The translations under genes and the position numbers were made by a program. This document shows positions 28,201 through 40,200 of a stretch of DNA of 64,000 nt, piece by piece; the first letter of the stretch is position 1, and every line of letters begins with the position of its first letter. This DNA comes from Botryllus schlosseri. Taxonomy: Eukaryota. The DNA is taken from positions 25,172,001 through 25,236,000 of the forward strand of contig CM119376.1 of the NCBI GenBank assembly GCA_051294905.1. Direction: 5' to 3'. The notes under the pieces were generated by a model. It saw nothing but the letters and a program-made list of their open reading frames with translations. It had not been told where the DNA came from and did no database searches.

Positions 28201-31200
28201 TCTTTTGGCAAAAATTGGTGTGACGAAATATAATGATATAGATCCAGTAAAATAATTTCCAACTCTATATCTACAGTATAATCAACTCAAATATTATTTC
28301 AATCACATAAAGAGAGTCCATAGACCGACTGCCATTTCAGCCCCCATAATTGCCTACTTATTGATGCAATTTTCTCTGAGAAGGTATACAGAAGTTTCAA
28401 TTTCTATTTGCTGAAATGTGTTATACACTGCAAAAGTAATTCAAGCCACTATTTTATTAAAATTTGTTTGTTTAAGTTTAGATTCATTTCAAATATGAGT
28501 ACGTACCCTCGGTCTCTGAACACATTGGAAATAGCCATCTTCCCTCTGCTTACAGGAGTCCCTATTTCTAGCGCAGCCCCCAGGAGTATCGCCACACTGA
28601 AGCTCTCCGAGTCCAAGGCAAGTGCACGTTTGAGTACAGTCGGTAATCGCAAAAGTAAATCCTAAATCAAAGAGAGTTCTTGAAAACATTTAAAAAACTA
28701 TGAAGATATGACCATTACCTTTTTCAATATATCTTCCGTTTACGTTACAACCGCAGTCTCCACTTGCAACGCATTTATTTCCAGACAGCACAAAGCCTTC
28801 ATTGCACACACATCCTGAAAAGTCATAGTTTCACATTTAAAGTCAAGTCAGACATTTAGCAATATGGTATCAAAGATGTCACTTCCATTACATGCTCGTT
28901 AATCCCACCTGATTTCACATACACCTAGGACAAAATAACATATACGTCATCGAAAAATAACTAAAAATAATCAAAGACGAAAATATTGTGGTGAAAATAT
29001 GATAATTATCTGCCAAAGGTGATTAATGTCCCGAGATTGTCTAGCTCAATCATTTTGTGTTTTCACCACCAAACGCAGACAATTTTACTTCAATAGGATG
29101 GTTGTGAAATTTATTGTTTTCAAAGCATTACAATTTGTGTATAAACAAACCGACTTGCGGCGAAGATTAGTTATTCAACATAAAAATATGTGGCACAATT
29201 TATTTTGATATTTGCAATCGTAGTAATGAGATATATAGGCAACGTATTCAAACAGAATATACCTTCAACACAGGCTTCCCCCAGTCGATTCGGACTTCTT
29301 TCCAGGCAAGTGGCAGCTGTAGGATCGTTGCACGTGGGCTGGCATTGTTGTATACACGGGCTGTAAATCCCATTGGTGCATTCCACTGTAAGTGGAGCAA
29401 TATTATTGAGAAATTAGAACAAATTGCAAACTACAAATTGGAGCATCATAACATAAACAAATGACATACCAACCAGTAATAATAATTATGCTAATATGTG
29501 TTGATGTTATAGTGAAATCGGAAACCAGGACCTGACTTCACCACAATCTTCCAATCAACTAAATCTAATCAAACCAATCTTATTGCGACTGAAATTTAGT
29601 AAATGTTGAACAAAAAAATCATCCTATAATAATGATAACAAAATCTTCTTCGTGAAAAGTAAGAGTGACGTACTTTGCATTTCCTCATCCCTCCACATCT
29701 GAACAATCCCGCCCGCAAGGCAGTCATCGGCGTAAGACGAGAAAATACGTTCCTTCATGTCTTTGTCACCACCCGATGCGCAAAGATCGTAAACGCACGC
29801 GTTGTAAACTGTGATGGGGTCTTCGTATTCGTGGCACGCTTGGAACCGGCCATTAGGGTCGGTCAAAGCTTGGCAATCCGATTGATACTGAGCCAACTCT
29901 GTGTTGTCAGCGCAAACAGGTTCCATTTTTTCCTCTTCCGGAAGGTCTTGGCACCTGAATAACACAAAGACAAAATATAAAGATACCGTTATTGATTGAG
30001 ACTGAATATTATGTCAGACATTCTTGTAAAGAATGTACATAACATTCGGTAATAGATTGGGAATGATCACAGCATCATTGAAGGTTATTTCTGTTCTGTT
30101 CACATCTGCAGTACAAGTAAATATTTACATCTACAATCTGACTGTATGACAATACCAGAGAGCTAATAGATAATGAGTATATCAACAGAAGCACATAGAA
30201 TGTCAGACTTATAAGCCATTTTCCATGTTAGAAACGAGAATAAGGTTCACTAATTTGGCCTTCACATACTGTTGCATTTAAAATATTGAGTTAAAAGACA
30301 CATATTGCTTCCAAAAAATAAACAATTATGGTAGACACAACACAAATTGAAGAGATTCGTGGTAGTAAGATTCAAGTACAATGCTTCACAGAGATTGGAA
30401 TTTCTTGTAGCTTCATGCAAGTAACAAAGTCCAATACCGCGCCTTACCCTTCTGTTCCGTATCCATCCACTCTCCAGCTTTCAGCAAAAGACACTGCATT
30501 CATTTCACCGCCACTGGATCTCACCGTCATATCGTTATCTGGATTGTCATCCCAATCCCCGCACAATCCCTCTATCGTATTCCTCAAATTCGACCACACA
30601 GTGATTCTCAACCTGGCAATATGTATTGCATTATACAATTATATCATTGGCTCATTTTTGTGCAGTGTGTGGATAGTAGATTAACTCACAAGTCATAACC
30701 GTCCCATCTGACTACAAGACCAAAGTCGAAGTCAGCGACGAGGTATCTTCCGATGACTCGAATATCAACGCCATAAATTGAACTTCCAGGAATAACCTCT
30801 TTATCGTCGAGCTAGGGAATAATTTGAAATAACAATTTAACACAAGCAGAGGAGCGCACAAGAAAATACGAAAGAGGAACTATTTATGACACGAGCAAAA
30901 CAAGGATTAAGACAAGGAATCAGATGTATCTTTGAGTTTCTCATGAAAAACTGAAACTAACACAGAAAACGAATAAGACATAAGCATAAGCAATTGCCAA
31001 AATGAACGCAATCAGTCAAAATTCTTGTTAAATCCAGTACTATTTCTCAATGATACCGGTATGCAAAAAGTCGCTTAACATAGAAAGCAAAAACTAAGCA
31101 CAAAATAGAACTAGAGTGCCACAAAGTGATACATGATTGCGATAAATGCAGTCGGTAGGAAAAAATATATGGCTCACGATACATACCATGGCCTTTTGAC

Positions 31201-34200
31201 CCTGCTTCAAAACGAGAGTGTGTTGTTCACCGAATTCAATGTGAACCTCTTTGACGTGTGATGCACTCTTGTTCTCTGCAAGTGCTTCATTCACAGCCAC
31301 CACGGTAAATGAAGTTTCCTTCACTGCCATACGCTTTGACCTGCCAGGGATGAAGCTATTGTTAGCAATATTGCTGAAAATAATGAAAAAATCAGTTCAG
31401 TTTATTATTAAAATTTTGTCACTTCAAAACAAAAAATCAATCTTAAGACAAAATCCAACCGACCGTCAAAATTCTACCATTTATGTAATACAGCTACCAG
31501 TATAAAAATGACGGATGTGACAATACTTGAACTTTTCCACATCCAGTTAGCCTGCAACAGATTAGTATTTTATCATGTTACATTTACCTGACCATGATGT
31601 ACGCACAAGTGCCCATTGCGTCAAATTTCGTGCCATCGAAGGTTTCATAATGTGGGTCTGTGATGGCTTTACACGTCGCACTCTTCTGCAAATGAATTCA
31701 ACAACGGTTATCATGAAACGTGTGTGTGTAGTCATATAGAGAGGCATAATTGATTGCAGGTTGATCATCACCAAATATAGGATAGCCACATAAAATACCA
31801 TACTATAGATAGAGAAAGAACATATAAACAATGTTCCCTCTATAAGCTGCACAGTGCACACGTGAGCAATTGCGCAGTGCTGACACGCAATGTTCCCTCT
31901 AATTTTTGCCGAGTCTGCGTACACTCACCAACCGAGCGAGATAGTGTAATGGTTATGCGTCCGGCTTCTCGAGCGGTAGGTCGTGGGTTCGATCCCAGGC
32001 CGGTCATACCAAAGACTCGAAAATTGGTATCCGCAGCTATCCTGCTAGGCGCTCAGCAATCACGGATAGCATGGAGGAGAAAAAAACGGGGGCGCAGACT
32101 AGATGACCTCATGGGGCCGTATCGCAACTCCGTCGTCAAAGCATCTCGATGGTGCAGGCGAAAAAGAATATCATATCTCTCTCTCTCTCACTGCTCAAAC
32201 CCTTGGACAACAGGGCGTAACGACTAAAAAAAAACATCACTTCGGATTATTTTGATCGCAACTTGGATTTTCTGTGCGCAAGGATCATATCAGCGCTGCG
32301 CATTTGCGCATGTGCGCAGCTTAGAGGGAACATTGCTGACACGGTATCTGCGCACAGGGAATCTAAGCTGCACACAAAAAATCCGAAGTGAAAAAAATCC
32401 TTTTTTTTATTAGTCGTCATGCACTGTTGTCCAAGGGACAGCGCAGTGAGTTGGTGATTGCGCATCAAAATAGTGGGAAAATTGCATACGAATATAACCC
32501 TGCATCAAAATATTAAAGGGGCACTGCACTCTAAAAATGATGTGGCCTTAAATTGAAGGACAAAACGAAAAAAAAATTGGCCGCAGCCGTTTTCTTCAGA
32601 ATGCCACTATAATGAAGCTGCAATATATTGAAATTTCCACAAGAACTTCACGCTCCAGCATTCAGAGATTGAACTTTATATAGTTGTCAGCCGATGTTAT
32701 GAAGGAAATATGTCGTACACGACAGAAATAGATTACACTAGGCCCGATTTCGAAATGAATCTCCTGACTGAACATCTTACGTTGACCGCGGTTTCTAAAC
32801 CAACTTGGCGTGTACGACATATTTCCTTCATAACATCGGCTGACAACTATATAAAGTTCGATCTCTGCGTGACTGCTGAAACGTGAAGTTCTTGTGGAAA
32901 TTTCAATAAATTGCAGCTCCATTACGGTACGATGGCGTTCTGAAGAAAACGGCTGCAGCCAAAAATTTTTTTACGTCTTGCCCTTCAATTTGAGACCACA
33001 TTATTTTTAGACTGCAGTGCCCCTTTAACTCATACATTCCAAATCTCATATACCAGTTCCAGCAGAATATAGTAGTTCAGCTAAAATCAAATTCAGTACT
33101 AACACATACCAAAGTGGCATACCGGTACTGGTACTTAATTTCCTCTTATCTGTCACCGACAGTCAGAAATAGATCGGAATCAATCAGCAATTAAACATGA
33201 AGCATTACCTTCTGTCGCCCAATACATTGATGAAATCCATCAGGGCCTTGTGCACAGTATTCCATCCCACTGCATCCACCTACATCCTGGCAGCCTTCTC
33301 CACAAACACACTCCTTAGTACAGTTTTCATTCCTATATGAAAATCCTTTCAAATGGAAAAATATGTAAGCTTACTTTTTATAAAAATCCGATGTAGAAAT
33401 AGTTCTTGTCCACAGTTATGTGACAAATACCAAACTATACGACACTTTAAAATGAAGCATTAGGGCACGAAATACATATTTTCGACTTCATTTAAATATA
33501 CCAAAATTATGCAGAAAAATGCAAGGACACAGGTGTCACAACGCGCAAGTAATAGATCCTCTCGTCATCATCATTTTTATTATCATTCTCATCAATTTTA
33601 GATACTATAAGAACAGGAAATAAATACAGTGAAATAATTCAAAGTCAAGCAATCAAACTCCCACCGTGGCCAATAAATAGGCTATAGTACCAAAATGTAA
33701 GAATATGTTAAAATATAGTTATGTACAGTTGGCAATGTCAATGGGTACGCTGGGATTTAGATCCTGGAGATATCAGATTGGTTTCGAATCGAATGTAGGA
33801 TAAAATAAAGTATCAATATAGACGATAGATTCACTGCGCATTGTGCATGGCTAGTGGCTACCTATATAAAGTGCTTTCGTTTTTTCCCACGTTTTTGCGA
33901 CCAAAATTAGCCAGAAAGATAAATATATTGTATGACAAACTATACACAAGGAAAGAGGATCTATGAACTCCATGAAATTCATCCAAACTATCCCAAGTCA
34001 TCGCTGGTATCTCTCCTCAATGCTTAGCCTATTTTCATACAGGGATATCTATATGTCGATCCTTGTTTTCACACCATAATGTTTACAAGCTAAAATTAGA
34101 TTATTCATTGTGGATTGATCTATTAGGGAACAGGACTTTAGATTAGAAAAATACATATATATGACCATTGAGTTACTCAGATCATACCGACTACAGAGAG

Positions 34201-37200
34201 GCATACTTTCAAATCGCATACTTTCCACGTATCTTAATTGTGCACAACGAAGCATCATAATCGGAAATATGATTTACACATACGGCATTTGGATGATTAA
34301 AGTATTATCGCTTGTGAATGATGTAGTTCGCGTGATATCAATGAGATAATCATGTAGATTACATATGAGGTGAAACTGTGAAAACACCGGAATGATGTTA
34401 TCAGAAATATATATTTGCTGACCATCAACGCAACTGTATCGTAAGTTTGTACCTTGAGAATTTCATGGATTCATGTTACAAAGTTCTACGACAACGCAGG
34501 TGACATCACAATTTTCAATGCAGTTACACAAATGACATATTGTTTCAAATTTATGTCGACATGACTAATGTAAAATTACCAGGTATGGAAGACAAAAATT
34601 CATGAAATGTTCAATATAACCGATGTGAAACTATACTAGAGTGACAAAATTGCTCAAAAATTCATATCCCCTATCCGTGTTTGAGTAACTGGAAACCCAA
34701 AATATTCCATTTCAAGGCCATTGATGGAATGAGAAGTTCTGTCGAAACCATTCAGATGGTTATCGCGACACTTGGGTAATCGTTTGAATCAAATATCTCA
34801 AAAGTATCATATAAGTGCATAATACAGGCATCCATACCTTTTGGATAATAGCTTTCGTTGATAATGCACCCACACTCCGATTCAGGAACACAGACACTTC
34901 CTGACAGGATAAACCCTTCATCACACATACAACCTGAAAAAATTTATTAATTAAGGTATGTTCAAGATGAAATTGTCCTTATTTCTATACCTTCAATACA
35001 GCTTTGGGATGCAATTCGACTGATTTTGGAATCGGCACAAGTTGCCGGTACAGTGGTCGCACAGTGTTCGTAATGAGAGAAAGGTGGACATTCCATAGCT
35101 GGTAAAATCAGGTATGCGGTGAGTCATTCATCAGAAAAGTGGTAAAATTGCATATATGCGATACCTATTCTTGTTTCTCTCCTCCAGTTGCAAACAGAAA
35201 CATCCCCTCTCTGGCACGTGTCAGCGTAAGCACTAATTAAAATGTCAAGTGCCGTGAAATCATTCGGAGACTTGCACATCACTTTCTTGCAGTTCTGTGA
35301 TGTAGATAAATGCAGTCGTTGATTGAAATGTACCAAAATTTGAACAGCTGCGGGCTGGCAGAGTTGGGAATTTTTGCTTGAAAAAATACAGTGCCTGCAA
35401 TGTTTTTCTGCAGTTTATTTCAGATTTGTGTAAAAGGAAGTGTTATACTACCTTAGCATTGCCATACAATGCCTCAATATTTGGTTATAGAATCCTAATT
35501 GATGTCTGATGACATGAATTTCCGCACTGTGGTTGGACGGAAACCACAATGTGCCCAATAACAACAGATTTCGTTACACGAAATTGTTTTTCTATATCTT
35601 GGCGAGTACGGGGTCATATTTTCAATTGCACAAACAGTACAAAAATCATACTTACTTCATAAAAGTTTTTGGGATCAACAACATCGTGACATTCTGTGAA
35701 GCAGCCTCCTTTCGTTTTAGTCAATATACCACATTTGCTTTCTGCTTTCATCAATGAATCGCTATCACAAGGCAGTTCATCTTTAAACTTATTCAAGCTT
35801 GTTGAGCACCTGTAATATGAGAATTATTTCAGAGCCTTGCTTGCAACTGCTTGAGTTGTTATTATGGGGGATCACAACTCTGATCAACAGTAACATACTC
35901 CCAAAATTTGACATTGATATAACACAGGAAATAATGCAAACAAAATGCAGAGTATATACTATATAGGTATATCAGGCCATTCTGAAATCACATCTACTTT
36001 CTCATATAATGATGATCATGCAGCAAAAATTCTGTACATTTCTCAGAAATGAGATGAGTGAAACCTCAATAATTTCTCATTGGTGTAATCTCACTAATCA
36101 AGAAATTGGTGATTCTAATATTCCAAATCCTCAATTTCGCTGTTGTGGTACAAGATGTTTACGTAAGTGCAACATGTAATTTTGGATTAGACCTTGATAA
36201 TGATGTGATGTTGATGATTTATGATGCCCACGGATGTTCATGTCCTTGTCAACAGAACATAACCGATTTTAATTTCCTTCGGATTATTCAAATTTTCAAG
36301 AGGAAGGAAGTGATGACCGAAATTCTTCAAATCAAGTTGCCCAATGATGCTAGCATCGCAGATTCAACACAGTGAAGTAGGCCTACTAAGACACTATGTT
36401 GGAAAATTTGGTTCCCGACTGGTGCGTAGCGTATCCATTCCTGGAATATACTTGTTTGTCACCCAATTTAGAAATTCTGCAATAATTTCTCTTTATCTAC
36501 TGTTCCCCTATAATGCTTAGATTTTGTTTAAGATGGCTTACACCGATTATGCTAGCAGGTAAGACAATCTGTTTGTGAATTACCCGGCATGTTTGCTTGA
36601 AAATTATCCACATTCCAGAACAAATTACATTTCTGTGACTTCCTCAAGCAATATAATTGTTCTCGTGTACAGTAAAAGCAGTGTTCACACCATATAGGGG
36701 AGATGTGGTACCGATGGATCACTGGGACCGAAAATACTTTGAAAATTCTCTATGATAATTCCATGATTACACTCCGTGAACTTGTCTACAATTGCATGCT
36801 GGCAACATCTTTCCCCACATACAAAAAAATTCGACGTGCGCGAACTATGGGGTCTCTCACAGATGTTTTTTGTTTTGGGGAGTGTAAACTAAATTTATAT
36901 CGACATATACATTTTTCTCTGTAACCTTCAACACGAACAAACCAGCATTCATTTTTATTGTGAAGTCTAGGGCTTGTATCAGGCTATATAATGGAACCTA
37001 CTATTTTTTTTAGTACTTTCCTTGAGTGGAATTTTTTTGATTCATGTACAAAATTAGTAGGGTGGGGACCGATGATACAATAGCCAAATCAAGCAAAATA
37101 ATCAAGCATACTAATCATGAAACAAATGAAACATGACTACGTACAGAAAATCTTTATGTAATGATTGCATATGATGTTTTATCGCTATAACGAGGTCTTT

Positions 37201-40200
37201 GGAAGTCACACTGACGATTTTCGGGCAATATGTATGTACCCTCAAATTTATAAGTCCGAGCCTAAATCGAAACGTGATTTTATGAAACATTTGAGTCAAT
37301 ATTTAATCTATATTTTGACGGTTGCGACCGAAAATTCTTCTTTGGCTTGCTGTAGCTTAGATTATAATACTGAGCAAGAAAAGTTGTGACATCTGAGTAT
37401 TTTAGGGTATATGTGTCATAGGTCCCTGGGTCGTGTGCCATTGGACCCACCGGGTTGGGACCGATGACACGTTCGAGCAACAAATTTGAAACGTCCATAA
37501 ATATTCTTTGAAAAGACGGATATTCACGTATATGTGCGCGATAGGTAGAGCTTGTATCAAAGTGCTGAGCCAGCAAAAGATCTGCTGTTTTCGGCTGAAC
37601 ATTTTGGGGCCAGCGATCATTTTCCAATTTTTGATCCATCGGTACCACATCTCCCCTATCCGGTTCTAAAGTCATGAAGTATACAGCTACATTTAGATTG
37701 TGAAATTCATGAAATTTCTAAATCCACATTGGGCGAAGTAGGTCGAGTTGTGTAATACGGCGATGCAAATGAATTAACTGCTTGATCTACATATTATTTC
37801 TATCATCGTGGAGTGTTAATAGAACGGATTCACTCACTTGAGCTTTTCTGCATCTACAATATAGCTATTTGTAAAGTCAACTTCATCAAACGCAAGGGCA
37901 GGCTGGTTCCGTAACATAAAATCATCGTCTGCTTCTCCGTTGTAATTTCCACAAAGTCCTAAAATGACAGGTTAGGACAGGTGACTTTCGTTTGCTACAA
38001 AAAATGCAACAATCAGGTATCTGTCTGCACGGATGTCAATAGGCAAATGAATTGTAATGAGGTGATTAAATGTACTCTGATTGTGTGCGCAATTCAACTA
38101 ACTGCCCTTTATTTCCTTTACAGTCGCATTATCTGTGAGATTATTCGAGTGGCCTGATAAGATAACTTTGATTATCACTAATTTATTGCTCTTTCTTCAC
38201 TTATGTAGATCAATATTGGTATTGATAATTGGCAAAACGAGTTGATAGGCGGGTGATAAATATTATTATCCGTAATTTGAAATTCTGGAGAATCCATCAC
38301 AAAATTGATTGGAAGATTTGTGTGCAATACGTTACATCAACGATCGTAATTAAATATAGTTACGAGCATGGCAAGGGATATACCATCGCAAGAAAAACCT
38401 GGATATTCAAGACTCAACGACAACATTCATCCGACATTTATTATACTCACCATTTACACTTCCCTTGTAGCTATTGGGCAATTGCACAGAAAGGGCTGCG
38501 TCATCCACAAAGATTTTAATTCCGAAGGAAAGCGTGATGGACAGTCCTTTCCCACTTTTTTCAACTCTTAAACCATCTTTAACTCTGATGGGCAGATTTG
38601 CTTGCACCTCATTTACCTGAGAATTCAAAAATAATCATTAGGCCTACCTCCTCAAAGATTTGATTAATGGTATGCAGGTCATCTAATCTTGCTTAAACCA
38701 GATAAACTGCAATAATACTGCTTTATACAAGATTTTCTTACGTATATGTGATTAATTCCTCCTGCATTTTTTATCGTTACTTTGTTTCCAAGAGCTTCGG
38801 CTTCAATTACAGATATTTTGACGTTGTTGGGCCTCGACAAGGTTTCTTCGTTTGAAAACTGAAAATAGAGTTGAAGGCGATGACATTGAAAATGAACAGT
38901 ACTATGTTACATATTTGCTAGCATATACTAAGCAATCCGCTCAGAATTCCATTCCATGTGTAGGCTACTACAGTTCAATGATTAAGGATATTATGACTCT
39001 AACGGAGGATTGCGAGAAGCTAGCACTGATGAGTAATACGTGAAATAGGACACATTGTACTACTAAAGCCACAACCGCCTTTTCGAACTTTCGGAAATGC
39101 ATCCATTAAAGGACACGTATATCAATATAATAACATGTTGGAAGAGTGATTATGCATATTACACTCGATCAGTGCTCAAGAATTCATCATAACAGGGTCT
39201 TAAAAATGCAATAGTGACTTCATTTCGTGATTTAATCATCTCTTATCAAAATATCTCTTCATCTATACCAGTGGTTCTCAACCTGGGGGGCGTGAAAGCA
39301 TCTGAAGGGGGGCTCGAAGAAGCGGTCAACTGATAAAAAAATTCGTGCTCTGCGCGATTTACCTCCAATTCACGCGTGTTTCTCTATATATAGACCGAAT
39401 TTCATATTTTTCAATTCTTTCATCAACACTCAACAGTCATAACCTTCCATGCCATCAAAAAAATCTGTTGCGGTTGCTGGCATCCCGGTTGGATTTTGTG
39501 ATATGACGATAAGGGGGCGCGAAATTTTTCACTATTATAAAGGGGGGCGTGTCTGAAAAAAGGTTGAGAACCACTGATCTATACTGTATGTATATACAGC
39601 AGTCTACTCACACATAGTATATAATACCATACACATTTTTGCAACTCACCGTCACGTTGAACGGTACAAGGCCAACAGCATGAGCGGACGTGGTCCCCAC
39701 GAGAAGATACTTGCACCTCCCATAGAAGTCAAACCTCGATTTATCGAATGTGATGAAATGTGAACCACTCACGACGGTACAAAAGTCGGTGGCTGTTACG
39801 AAAGAAGTATCAAGTTGAATTACGCGTGAACCATACCACATCACTCCGCCGGACTATTGCAGTAGGCTAGTTTAGTCGTACGCGGTTCCACACTGTATTT
39901 TGTGAATAGAGAGCGAAATCTGCAGTCAGCAGGTCGTCTCGAAACAACCAAACAACTTGACTGTTTATGTGACTGGTAAATTTATGCTTTCATCGTAACG
40001 CAATCCATTTGTCTTATTGAGTATTTTCTTTCGCTCAAATGACGACCTCCTGCATTTCAAGTACGGCATCCCAGGGATTGTCATACAAGCTTCTATTGCG
40101 ATGATATGAAATGGGCAGATATGAGAACCGAATCCAAATAAAACTCATGTAGTTTATTTCATACTATTTGCGTTGAACGTTAAGACATGCCGTGCTCTCG

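Larger units (their letters stand above)
31829..32484. mobile_element. Older hAT MITE (outer member of a self-nested pair)
   Basis: Left end CAATGTTCCCTCTA, degenerate right end TAGTGGGAAAATTG; flanks CATATAAA / CATACGAA (6/8). Confidence 0.6.

Noticed and set aside
31934-32005. tRNA-like sequence as a tRNA gene
   Set aside because: It has A and B boxes but no convincing acceptor stem, and it continues into a SINE-like core and A-tail.
35850-35890. VIMGDHN resembling the LINE endonuclease GDFN motif
   Set aside because: An isolated short match with no flanking endonuclease or RT motifs.
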